A stretch of 64,000 bases of DNA, from assembly GCA_964016885.1 (NCBI GenBank), contig OZ024740.1, forward strand, positions 63,302,001 to 63,366,000, written 5' to 3'. The notes beneath the pieces are model-generated. The model saw nothing but the letters and a program-made list of their open reading frames with translations, made no database searches and was not told the DNA's origin. Positions 25,162 through 37,981 of this stretch are shown piece by piece. A program made the translations under genes and the position numbers. Source of the stretch: Eledone cirrhosa (Eukaryota). The stretch's first letter is position 1, and every line of letters begins with the position of its first letter.

Positions 25162-25845
25162 AGAAATAGAACTAGGAACATAATTTGGTTTACCCCCCTT
25201 TTCTCACTAAACATTAAAACCCACATCGCTAAATTATTTTTCAAAGCTCTTGATAATCGCTTCCCTAGAACACATAGGTATCACTCAATTTTCAATAGGC
25301 ATACAATTAAATTAACCTACTCATCCACCAAAAATTTAGCACAAAATATTAATAGAATAAATAATAGGAACTTAAAACCTAGTGATAATAGCATAAATAA
25401 TATACAAGTTAACAAATGTAACTGTAGAGATAGATCTAAATGTCCGTTAAATAACAACTGCTTAGTTAAAAATATAGTATACAATTGTAATGTTAATACT
25501 GACTCTAATTCTTTTAACTACGTCGGTTCCACATCGACGGAATTTAAACTTCGCTATAATAACCACAAGAATTCTTTCACAGATCCAAGTAAAAAATCTT
25601 CAACGGCACTATCAGGCGTACTCTGGCAACTTAAGCTAGATAACGTTAGATATTCGACGGCTTGGAATATAGTCTCAAGGGGGATTCCTTTTAATTCATC
25701 CTCTGAGACATGTGACCTCTGCGCAGAGGAGATATTCTTTATACTAAAATCTAAAAATTCCCTTAATCTACGGACAAATTTATTCAGTTGTTGCAAACAT
25801 AGATTAAACTCAACGTTTAAATATAAATTTAAATTTAAAATGTAG
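25162..25845 (+). pseudogene. Uninterrupted PLE linker + GIY-YIG endonuclease frame (no start codon, absent from ORF track)
   Basis: RNRTRNIIWFTPLFS...KCNCRDRSKCPLNNNCLVKNIVYNC...YVGSTSTEFKLRYNNHKNSF...TALS..LWQLK...CDLCAEEIFFI...FSCCKH...KM*. About 227 codons by manual reading. Confidence 0.85.
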
Positions 25846-27226
25846 TATATTTAGTTTGATTTATATTTATATGGGAAACTAGCCGATAAATTTTTGATTC
25901 CTAAATTTTTGATTCCTTCTTTTTATTCTTTTTTTATTGTTTATTTTTATTTTCTTTTTATTTAAACATTCCTCATGAAAAATTAAGCTACCCTAAAAGC
26001 TGATGCTCCAAATATTTTGAATAAACCTTACACTAGATAAACTTCTATATTAAATATAAGAACACATGTAGACCTAATTGGACATCATAAACTTTTTGAA
26101 ATGATCTTTGCTAGATGTGATTTGATAGATAATTTTTGGCTTTGTCTTATAATGAACTTGGCAATATATTGTCAATTAATTTTGAAGGGTTGATCTTTGT
26201 GGTTTATTTTTATTTTTATTTTTATTTTTTATTATTGTAGTATTTTATAATATTTTTTATTTTTATTTTTAATATCTTTAATATGTAAACATTTTTTAAT
26301 ACGTAATATTTTTTAGTATGTAATATTTTTAATATGTAATATTCTTTCGTAATATTTTTTTTAGTTTTCTATTTTATTATTACTTATTATTATTATTGTT
26401 ATCTTTTTATTTTTAGTTTTGTTTCTGATATATATTTTTATTAGTATATTGAAATCTGCTCTCTATTTCTGCTTGATAGATAATCTTGTAGAGTAAAGAC
26501 AGGAATAATAATACACATATATGTATACTCAAATTTTTATACCACATTGAGAATGTTTTCCGTGAACTTAGAATTTGCAGAGTTGATAATGTGGATTCGC
26601 ATGGATGTTTGTAACTATAACATAAACATATGAATTTTTTTAAAAACTAAACATAAGATAATTAATTTTCACACACTATGGATACTTGTCTCATTCAGGA
26701 ATACTGATATTTACAATATAGTGGAAGTTTTATGAATTCTAATACATTAAGACATAGGGTTTTTACGCCTCGAATATATCTGGCTATTTTTAAATTTTTT
26801 CTCTCGCTATTTTTTCTCTCTCTATATTTTTTTTCTATATATATATATCTCCCTTACATTAATACTAGAGCTAAATAAATAAATAAATAAATAAATGTAT
26901 CATTGATACATTTACTCAAAATGACCTCCCACTACCTAATTTTCTATATATATATGTATCTATCTCTATTTCCTCTCTCTATATATATATCTCTTTCTGT
27001 TTCTTTACATGAAGTTCTTCTCTTTATCTATCTTTCCATCTCTATATTTTGTTCCATGCATTTCTTCTTCTTCTTCCTTTTCTTCGTTTTCTGTCTTTCT
27101 TTCTTTTCTCTCTTTCTTTCTTTCTCTCTGTATAAAATTTTTTCACTGCCAGCTTAACCTCTTCAAATGCAAGTCGGTGTTATAACGGTATGTCCAATCT
27201 ATTTATCTATAAAACTGTTTATATTG

Positions 27227-27292
27227 TATTTTGTCTGAGGAAGGCATAGCATATTGTTAATATGATATCCCCGAAATATATATAATGAAATA
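27227..27292 (+). ncRNA. Minimal type-I hammerhead ribozyme
   Basis: tattttgt-CTGAGGA-aggcatagcatatt..aatatgatatcccc-GAAA-tatata-TA-atgaaata. Confidence 0.82.
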
Positions 27293-27530
27293 AATATGGT
27301 TTTATAAATATAGTTTCCATTTATTTAATATTGTATATATATATATATATATAATGATAATAATAATAAAATTTCGCTCTACATGGCTGAATACAATAAA
27401 TGTAATCTGAGTTTTTCGAATATTAATAATAATATTCGATTCGTTTGCAATTATGCAAACAAGCCTCATTTTTAAAGCCATGTCAGTAGAATGAATCTCT
27501 CATTCTTGCTCTTGTATTGGCATGTAAACA

Positions 27531-27580
27531 GAACTGCAGACACTAATGTTTCTGGGTATCACCCTTCATCAGTACAGCTC
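27531..27580 (-). ncRNA. Minimal type-I hammerhead ribozyme
   Basis: Minus strand: gagctgta-CTGATGA-agggt gat accca-GAAAC-attagt-GTC-tgcagttc. 8-bp stem I, GUC cleavage triplet. Confidence 0.9.
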
Positions 27581-27763
27581 ACTGTTCACTTGCTAACTGT
27601 CAGAGCTAGTGAAAATATATATTTTCTACTATATACAGTGACTGATCGGCCTGATTAGCATATTAGCAGACTGGCTGATCAGTCAGATCTGCATATTAGC
27701 AAATCCACTGATCAGCCAGATTTGCATATCAGCAGACTGGCCAGTCAGTTTCCTGTATACGGG

Positions 27764-28000
<237 letters not shown>

Positions 28001-28297
28001 AATCGAAGCGAATTTGTTGGATATACTGGGTGAGCGCTACATAGAGATAACCACCAAAGATGGTAAATTCTTCATAAATATTTAGCTCTCTCTATCTCTA
28101 ATATGACCATAGATCATGACTTGAAACTAATTTTCATGTTCCCTTTTATGAAATATTGTAGCAGTTCTTCTGCAATACCATAGCACACTCGATGCTTATT
28201 TGTACTATGATATACTACTGATATATAAGGAGATAATACGAATATAAAAAATACAATAAGGACCAAAGTGTGAGCGACGTTTAAACCCCATACATAA

Positions 28298-28511
28298 GGA
28301 TTTCTACTATAGGCGTAAGGTCAGCAATTTGGAGGAGGGAAAAGTCGATTAAATCGATTCAGTGCATTACTGGTACTTTATTTTAACGACCCCGTAAGGA
28401 TGAAAAGCAAAGCTAAATTCGGCGGGATTTTAACTCAGAACGTAAAGGGCTATAACTCTATGCCACAAAGCATGGCGTCTCACGCTCTACCGATACTGCC
28501 AATCTACCGCC
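28298..28511 (-). mobile_element. SINE family A (long variant)
   Basis: Reverse complement of the family A core and head. Confidence 0.85.
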
Positions 28512-28614
28512 CTATAATGCGTACGCTTTCGTGATGTATGTATGAAAAATTTCGTTATATGTATGAAATGAAAATTCATTATTTGGAACTAATTTTCGTG
28601 GAATTGTTCTATTG

Positions 28615-28800
28615 TATCATTATCATCATCACCATCATCATCGTCGTCGTCGTCGTTTAACGTCCGATTTCCACATTAGCATGGGTCGGACGAGTTTGTC
28701 CCACTTCAGGCAAGATTGGTCGCGTGACCGTATCTCGCCCATACAGAACTGTTACAAGCAGCTTTTCTACGGCTCGATCCCCTTCCTAACATCAACCACT
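28615..28800 (-). mobile_element. SINE-like repeat sharing the RTE-type 3' tail
   Basis: catcat..cgtttaacgtccgatttcc..agcatgggtcggacg resembles the reverse complement of the RTE tail at 18005-18070. It runs directly into the satellite. Confidence 0.55.
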
Positions 28801-31800
28801 TTACAGTGTAGACTGGGAGCCTTTTGTCGTGTCACCTACACGACCACTTTACAGTGTAGACTGGGAGCCTTTTGTCATGTCACCTACACGACCACTTTAC
28901 AGTGTAGACTGGGAGCCTTTTGTCATGTCACCTACACGACCACTTTACAGTGTAGACTGGGAGCCTTTTGTCATGTCACCTACACGACCACTTTACAGTG
29001 TAGACTGGGAGCCTTTTGTCATGTCACCTACACGACCACTTTACATTGTAGACTGGGAGCCTTTTGTCGTGTCTCCTACACGACCACTTTACAGTGTAGA
29101 CTGGGAGCCTTTTGTCGTGTCTCCTACACGACCACTTTACAGTGTAGACTGGGAGCCTTTTGTCGTGTCTCCTACACGACCACTTTACAGTGTAGACTGG
29201 GAGCCTTTTGTCGTGTCACCTACACGACCACTTTACAGTGTAGACTGGGAGCCTTTTGTCGTGTCACCTACACGACCACTTTACAGTGTAGACTGGGAGC
29301 CTTTTGTCGTGTCACCTACACGACCACTTTACAGTGTAGACTGGGAGCCTTTTGTCGTGTCACCTACACGACCACTTTACAGTGTGGACTGGGAGCCTTT
29401 TTGTCATGTCACCTACACGACCACTTTACAGTGTGGACTGGGAGCCTTTTTGTCATGTCACCTACACGACCACTTTACAGTGTGGACTGGGTGCTTTTTG
29501 TCGTGTCACCTACACGACCACTTTACAGTGTGGACTGGCTGCTTTTTGTCATGTCACCTACACGACCACTTTACAGTGTGGACTGGGTACTTTTTGTCGT
29601 GTCTCCTACACGACCACTTTACAGTGTGGACTGGCTGCTTTTTGTCATGTCACCTACACGACCACTTTACAGTGTGGACTGGCTGCTTTTTGTCATGTCA
29701 CCTACACGACCACTTTACAGTGTGGACTGGGTACTTTTTGTCGTGTCTCCTACACGACCACTTTACAGTGTGGACTGGCTGCTTTTTGTCGTGTCTCCTA
29801 CACGACCACTTTACAGTGTGGACTGGCTGCTTTTTGTCGTGTCTCCTACACGACCACTTTACAGTGTGGACTGGCTGCTTTTTGTCATGTCTCCTACACG
29901 ACCACTTTACAGTGTGGACTGGCTGCTTTTTGTCGTGTCTCCTACACGACCACTTTACAGTGTGGACTGGGTACTTTTTGTCGTGTCTCCTACACGACCA
30001 CTTTACAGTGTGGACTGGCTGCTTTTTGTCGTGTCTCCTACACGACCACTTTACAGTGTGGACTGGCTGCTTTTTGTCGTGTCTCCTACACGACCACTTT
30101 ACAGTGTGGACTGGCTGCTTTTTGTCGTGTCTCCTACACGACCACTTTACAGTGTGGACTGGCTGCTTTTTGTCATGTCACCTACACGACCACTTTACAG
30201 TGTGGACTGGCTGCTTTTTGTCATGTCACCTACACGACCACTTTACAGTGTGGACTGGCTGCTTTTTGTCATGTCACCTACACGACCACTTTACAGTGTG
30301 GACTGGCTGCTTTTTGTCATGTCACCTACACGACCACTTTACAGTGTGGACTGGCTGCTTTTTGTCGTGTCTCCTACACGACCACTTTACAGTGTGGACT
30401 GGCTGCTTTTTGTCGTGTCTCCTACACGACCACTTTACAGTGTGGACTGGGTACTTTTTGTCGTGTCTCCTACACGACCACTTTACAGTGTGGACTGGCT
30501 GCTTTTTGTCATGTCACCTACACGACCACTTTACAGTGTGGACTGGCTGCTTTTTGTCATGTCTCCTACACGACCACTTTACAGTGTGGACTGGCTGCTT
30601 TTTGTCGTGTCTCCTACACGACCACTTTACAGTGTGGACTGGCTGCTTTTTGTCATGTCACCTACACGACCACTTTACAGTGTGGACTGGTTGCTTTTTG
30701 TCGTGTCTCCTACACGACCACTTTACAGTGTGGACTGGTTGCCTTTTGTCGTGTCTCCTACACGACCACTTTACAGTGTGGACTGGTTGCCTTTTGTCGT
30801 GTCTCCTACACGACCACTTTACATTGTAGACTGGGAGCCTTTTTGTCATGTCACCTACACGACCACTTTACAGTGTGGACTGGCTGCTTTTTGTCGTGTC
30901 TCCTACACGACCACTTTACAGTATGGACTGGTTGCTTTTTGTCGTGTCTCCTACACGACCACTTTACAGTGTGGACTGGTTGCCTTTTGTCGTGTCTCCT
31001 ACACGACCACTTTACAGTGTGGACTGGCTGCTTTTTGTCATGTCACCTACACGGCCACTTTACAGTGTGGACTGGTTGCTTTTTGTCGTGTCTACTACAC
31101 GACCACTTTACAGTGTGGACTGGGCACTTTTTGTCGTGTCTCCTACACGACCACTTTACAGTGTGGACTGGTTGCTTTTTGTCGTGTCTACTACACGACC
31201 ACTTTACAGTGTGGACTGGGCACTTTTTGTCGTGTCTCCTACACGACCACTTTACAGTGTGGACTGGCTGCTTTTTGTCGTGTCTCCTACACGACCACTT
31301 TACAGTATGGACTGGTTGCTTTTTGTCGTGTCTCCTACACGACCACTTTACAGTGTGGACTGGTTGCCTTTTGTCGTGTCTCCTACACGACCACTTTACA
31401 GTGTGGACTGGCTGCTTTTTGTCATGTCACCTACACGACCACTTTACAGTGTGGACTGGTTGCTTTTTGTCGTGTCTACTACACGACCACTTTACAGTGT
31501 GGACTGGGCACTTTTTGTCGTGTCTCCTACACGACCACTTTACAGTGTGGACTGGCTGCTTTTTGTCGTGTCTCCTACACGACCACTTTACAGTATGGAC
31601 TGGTTGCTTTTTGTCGTGTCTCCTACACGACCACTTTACAGTGTGGACTGGTTGCCTTTTGTCGTGTCTCCTACACGACCACTTTACAGTGTGGACTGGC
31701 TGCTTTTTGTCATGTCACCTACACGACCACTTTACAGTGTGGACTGGTTGCTTTTTGTCGTGTCTCCTACACGACCACTTTACAGTGTGGACTGGTTGCC

Positions 31801-34160
31801 TTTTGTCGTGTCTCCTACACGACCACTTTACAGTGTGGACTGGCTGCTTTTTGTCATGTCACCTACACGACCACTTTACAGTGTGGACTGGCTGCTTTTT
31901 GTCGTGTCTCCTACACGACCACTTTACAGTGTGGACTGGCTGCTTTTTGAAATGTCACCTACACGACCACTTTACAGTGTGGACTGGTTGCTTTTTGTCG
32001 TGTCTCCTACACGACCACTTTACAGTGTGGACTGGCTGCTTTTTATCATGTCACCTACACGACCACTTTACAGTGTGGACTGGCTGCTTTTTGTCATGTC
32101 ACCTACACGACCACTTTACAGTGTGGACTGGGCACTTTTTGTCATGTCACCTACACGACCACTTTACAGTGTGGACTGGCTGCTTTTTGTCATGTCACCT
32201 ACACGACCACTTTACTGTGTGGACTGGTTGCTTTTTGTCGTGTCTCCTACACGACCACTTTACAGTGTGGACTGGCTGCTTTTTGTCGTGTCTCCTACAC
32301 GACCACTTTACAGTGTGGACTGGCTGCTTTTTGTCATGTCACCTACACGACCACTTTACAGTGTGGACTGGGCACTTTTTGTCATGTCACCTACACGACC
32401 ACTTTACAGTGTGGACTGGCTGCTTTTTGTCATGTCACCTACACGACCACTTTACAGTGTGGACTGGTTGCTTTTTGTCATGTCACCTACACGACCACTT
32501 TACAGTGTGGACTGGGCACTTTTTGTCATGTCACCTACACGGCCACTTTACAGTGTGGACTGGCTGCTTTTTGTCATGTCACCTACACGACCACTTTACA
32601 GTGTGGACTGGCTGCTTTTTGTCATGTCACCTACACGACCACTTTACAGTGTGGACTGGCTGCTTTTTGTCATGTCACCTACACGACCACTTTACAGTGT
32701 GGACTGGTTGCTTTTTGTCATGTCACCTACACGACCACTTTACAGTGTGGACTGGTTGCTTTTTGTCGTGTCTCCTACACGACCACTTTACAGTGTGGAC
32801 TGGTTGCTTTTTGTCGTGTCTCCTACACGACCACTTTACAGTGTGGACTGGCTGCTTTTTGTCATGTCACCTACACGACCACTTTACAGTGTGGACTGGC
32901 TGCTTTTTGTCGTGTCTCCTACACGACCACTTTACTGTGTGGACTGGGTACTTTTTGTCGTGTCTCCTACACGACCACTTTACAGTGTGGACTGGCTGCT
33001 TTTTGTCATGTCACCTACACGACCACTTTACAGTGTGGACTGGCTGCTTTTTGAAATGTCACCTACACGACCACTTTACAGTGTGGACTGGGTACTTTTT
33101 GTCGTGTCTCCTACACGACCACTTTACAGTGTGGACTGGCTGCTTTTTGTCATGTCACCTACACGACCACTTTACAGTTTGGACTGGGTACTTTTTGTCG
33201 TGTCTCCTACACGACCACTTTACAGTGTGGACTGGCTGCTTTTTGTCATGTCACCTACACGACCACTTTACAGTGTGGACTGGCTGCTTTTTGTCATGTC
33301 ACCTACACGACCACTTTACAGTTTGGACTGGGTACTTTTTGTCGTGTCTCCTACACGACCACTTTACAGTGTGGACTGGGTACTTTTTGTCGTGTCTCCT
33401 ACACGACCACTTTACAGTGTGGACTGGCTGCTTTTTGTCGTGTCTCCTACACGACCACTTTACAGTGTGGACTGGCTGCTTTTTGTCGTGTCTCCTACAC
33501 GACCACTTTACAGTGTGGACTGGCTGCTTTTTGTCATGTCACCTACACGACCACTTTACAGTGTGGACTGGCTGCTTTTTGTCATGTCACCTACACGACC
33601 ACTTTACAGTTTGGACTGGGTACTTTTTGTCGTGTCTCCTACACGACCACTTTACAGTGTGGACTGGCTGCTTTTTGTCATGTCACCTACACGACCACTT
33701 TACAGTGTGGACTGGCTGCTTTTTGTCATGTCACCTACACGACCACTTTACAGTTTGGACTGGGTACTTTTTGTCGTGTCTCCTACACGACCACTTTACA
33801 GTGTGGACTGGGTACTTTTTGTCGTGTCTCCTACACGACCACTTTACAGTGTGGACTGGGTACTTTTTGTCGTGTCTCCTACACGACCACTTTACAGTGT
33901 GGACTGGGTACTTTTTGTCGTGTCTCCTACACGACCACTTTACAGTGTGGACTGGGTACTTTTTGTCATGTCACCTACACGACCACTTTACAGTGTGAAC
34001 TGGGTACTTTTTGTCGTGTCTCCTACACGACCACTTTACAGTTTGGACTGGGTACTTTTTGTCGTGTCTCCTACACGACCACTTTACAGTGTGGACTGGC
34101 TGCTTTTTGTCGTGTCTCCTACACGACCACTTTACAGTGTGGACTGGCTGCTTTTTGTCG
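28795..34160. repeat. 48-bp tandem satellite (~112 units)
   Basis: Unit acacgaccactttacagtgtggactggctgctttttgtcgtgtctcct. 16-aa periodicity in the ORF track. Single-base insertions near 29400, 29448 and 30840. Confidence 0.97.
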
Positions 34161-34279
34161 AGTATAGATTTGGTCTTATCTCTTCCCATCCTCATTGCTG
34201 AAAGGGGGAGGGGACATACATAATAGCACCAATGCTAATCTATATGATGTCATATGTCTATAATTCTCATACAGGAAAA

Positions 34280-34505
34280 AAGTGGCGTCGACCATTACTC
34301 GGAAGCTGGCTACCCAGCCGCAGCTCATCTACTTTCCTTTCAAGGATGAAACCGTCGGACTCTGGAACGGTTGTCACCAAGGTGATTAAGAGTTGCATCA
34401 AGCTCGGTTTTGAAATCAGATTGACCCTTTTCCTCGATAGAATGTCTATGAAGGCAAACGATCTGTCTACTCGTTTCTTCTACGCACTGTCAGATGGCTG
34501 TTGAA
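34280..34505 (-). mobile_element. Degenerate CR1/L2-like LINE 3' end
   Basis: Minus-strand remnants ...FKTELDA.L...VP..., typical of CR1-group C-termini. Confidence 0.35.
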
Positions 34506-34656
34506 TCTCGCAATATGACCAAAAATCATCATGTATATAGATAATATATATAATTATATTATACATATATAATATATATATATATATGTATATATGTGTG
34601 TGTGTGTGTGTGCGCGCGTATGTACTATACATATATATATTTATATACATACATGC

Positions 34657-35290
34657 ATACATACATACATACATACATACATACATACATACATACATAC
34701 ATACATACATACATACATACATACATACATACATACATACATGGTGGCTGCCAACTCGTTTTCGAGTACGGCCACTACTTTATATCCATGTAGGAGAACC
34801 CCTACCGATGCGCTGAACGAGTGTGACTTTTTAGTCCAGCCCGCGACTTGAAAACTCTGGTGCAAACACTACACTTGTGACAATTATTGACACATAGTGC
34901 TGGGCCCATGGTACCATGTGACGACAAGTGCAGAGATCTCCAGATATAAAGCAATGCCTGTGCCGTGAAGCTTTTATAGTGAGCAAAGGCACTGCACAAA
35001 GCCAGTGCCACTCTCTTAACCAAGATGATATTTACCAAAAAGAAGAACAATTCAACATCATTGGATACCATCAGGGTTGCAGGTGTTATATCAGAGTTTT
35101 CCTTCTCCTAGAATTCTGCCTTGACAAAGGCTAAGGGGTCATCTCTCCCGGTGATTTTGGATGACCATTGACTCTTAAGAGCTCCTTTGCCCTTTGACAG
35201 GTTTTGCTTTTAGTCCTGCAGGATGTCCAAAGTCACCAAGAAACCTTGGTGGGGTTGCCAGTTTCGTCACCAACGACCCGCCCATGAGAC
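34657..35290 (-). mobile_element. Non-autonomous RTE-derived element with (TATG)n tail
   Basis: RTE-like leader (ctaggagaaggaaaactctga) fused to a C-terminal C2H2 remnant HKCSVCTRVFKSRAGLKSHTRSAH. Second copy at 50581-51070. Confidence 0.7.
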
Positions 35291-35304
35291 CATGAGACCA
35301 TGAG

Positions 35305-35379
<75 letters not shown>

Positions 35380-35381
<2 letters not shown>

Positions 35382-35598
35382 AGCGTGGTTGAGTGGTTAG
35401 AGAATTGGATTCGCAAGTATGAGGTTGTGAGTTCGATTCTCGGATCGGGTGATGCGTTATCTCCTTGTGCAAGACACTTTATATCACATTGCTCCTTCTA
35501 TCTGGAGTTGCGACCGATAGATAGTATTAGCAATTGGAAAGACCAATGGAAACATTGTTTTCTCGGGCCTATTTGACGAAAGTCGATCGACTGTCGAT
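35380..35598 (+). mobile_element. tRNA-derived SINE family B
   Basis: A box gtggttgagtgg, B box gagttcgattc, ccttg.gcaagacactt core. Homologous to 39672-39885 (-). Confidence 0.8.
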
Positions 35599-35815
35599 AT
35601 ATATTACATATAGAAAGAGAGAGATAGTCTGTATTGTTGAGACCGAGGAGACCACTAATTATGCGAGTACTCGATAAATGGGGAGATGTAGAGTGGGCAT
35701 AGAAATGTGTAAAATCCCGTCTGTGGCGCCAAGTGGTTTCGCTAGTGTGTTCAGTGAACCTTTCCAAGGTTAAACACACAAGTTGAAACCGCTTGGTGCC
35801 TCGCGTGTGATCCTA

Positions 35816-35937
<122 letters not shown>

Positions 35938-36017
35938 GATAAGCAGAACAAGTAAAATTCAATCAATTCTTTAAAATACATTAAAAAATATAATATAAAT
36001 ATTTACCTCTCCTAGTG

Positions 36018-36099
36018 GCCCTTACTGATCAGTTTCGCTTTGTAAAACCTCATAAATCCGATGGATTTCTGATGGAAAACCAAAGCTCATCAGAGAAGC
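36018..36099 (-). ncRNA. Type-I hammerhead ribozyme with long stem II
   Basis: Minus strand: gcttct-CTGATGA-gctttg...caaagc-GAAAC-TGATCA-GTA-agggc. Palindromic stem III, weak stem I. Confidence 0.8.
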
Positions 36100-36550
36100 A
36101 TTTTCCTTTCCTAGGGCTAAACGTCCCAGGAACGACAAAATATATGACCTCCTGCCAGCAAATAAAGGTCTGAAAGGTCGTAAAAGTGACCCGTATGTAA
36201 ACTGGACCGAAGTAAAAGCGGGAAAATCAAAGACTTGCTGTCTACAATTACTACTAAAAAAAATAGCAGCTAAATAGAACAACAGAATTGTTCTCAACAT
36301 AACGGAGTATAATGAATGAAGTTAATATGTCCAAGGATACTAGGTACCCCTAGAAATACATAGGTTGTCTATGATTCAAGGTTGTTCAATGGTATTAATT
36401 TGATACACCAGAACTTTATTATTAAGATAAGCAGAACAAGTAAAATTCAATCAATCATTAACTTCATTCATATATATATATAAATATATATTCTGGGGCG
36501 GGTAAAATTCCCGAGATCCATGAACGAGTTCTCTCCAGCGGTCTCTGTCC

Positions 36551-36750
36551 NNNNNNNNNNNNNNNNNNNNNNNNNNNNNNNNNNNNNNNNNNNNNNNNNN
36601 NNNNNNNNNNNNNNNNNNNNNNNNNNNNNNNNNNNNNNNNNNNNNNNNNNNNNNNNNNNNNNNNNNNNNNNNNNNNNNNNNNNNNNNNNNNNNNNNNNNN
36701 NNNNNNNNNNNNNNNNNNNNNNNNNNNNNNNNNNNNNNNNNNNNNNNNNN
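36551..36750. other. Assembly gap (200 N)
   Basis: Run of n. Confidence 1.
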
Positions 36751-37857
36751 GTATGTGTGTGTGTATGTGTGTGTGTGTGTGTGTGTATGTGTATATGTGT
36801 GCTTTGTGTGTGTGTGTGCGTTTCTATGTGTTTCTTTATTAATAAGTGTATTAGTGTTATATTGTTGCATGTGTACGGTATCTAAGCGTATGTATTTCAG
36901 TGCGGACGCGTGGGTGTGGGAGGCTATTGGATGGGGTGTGTGAATGGCAGATCAGAGTATGAGGGTGATGCATTAAAGTCATGGGTGGTGGATGTAGAGG
37001 TATCTATATAAGTAATTCAGACCGTCCATCTGGCAAATGGGTTGATTTGAGGCCGGGTGTTGAATTTAAACCAATTACAGCATGGAAGAGTAATTTTAGC
37101 CATTTAAAACCAACAAAAGATCGTTAACTCAACTTTATATTTATCGTTTATAACTTTGTGGCAAAACTTTCGTCGCACTTATATTTGTATTCAAAAATGT
37201 AGCCATATGTAAAAGGAGTTCATCAAGTTTGTGGATCGTAAACTATAGAAAATTAAGAGAGAGAAAGCAAAACACAAAAAAAATTAGCTGATATCGGGAT
37301 ATTGAAGGTAATAATTTATCACAGCCAATCAGTCTATTTAGAAGAATCGATATGTGAGAAAGAAAGTGATAATAAATAAGAATGTTGGTAAAAGATATAG
37401 CGGAAGAAAAACTGAAAAAATAACTATAAAAACGAAAAAAAAAAATGTTAAATGTCCAATGCAAAATAAATTAGGGACTAAATTAAAAAACTATAAGAAT
37501 GTTTACAAACATTACTAAACGTAGTTACGATAAGCAAACGTTCTATTTAGATGGACAAGTAGATTACTGAGGAAAAAAGAGAAAATAAATATAAACTCCG
37601 GTAGGATATTAAAATAATAAAAGTGCAAGAATTCAACGTAATATGTTAACTCAACATTTCTATGTAATGGGAAATAAGGTAAATAAAGTCAAAGTAGGTT
37701 TTTCGAGTTATAACCCCGTATACAAACACAACTAATCTATGTTGTGATAAGAAAAGTTTATGGAAACAGGCATCTAAATCTAGCATGTGTTTATAAATGT
37801 GTCTGTGTGTGTATATACATATATGAAAACAAATACACACGCGCGCGCGCACGCACG

Positions 37858-37979
<122 letters not shown>

Positions 37980-37981
37980 AG

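Larger units (their letters stand above)
24540..27335 (+). mobile_element. 5'-truncated Naiad-type PLE with inverted upstream pLTR copy
   Basis: ~24650-25160 is the reverse complement of ~26820-27335; the left arm extends further to ~24560. The EN ORF lies between the arms. Same family as 3603-5208. Confidence 0.85.

Noticed and set aside
25960-26010. SECIS element or selenocysteine recoding in the Naiad-like elements
   Set aside because: No in-frame TGA at the conserved Cys positions of the copies read. The ATGA...AAA...TGAT here lacks a helix II of proper length.
28795-34160. CRISPR-like array
   Set aside because: The units are contiguous 48-bp near-identical monomers with only point variants. 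There are no unique spacers and no cas genes, and the context is eukaryotic.
36451-36885. ORFs spanning X residues
   Set aside because: They are artefacts of the 200-N gap.
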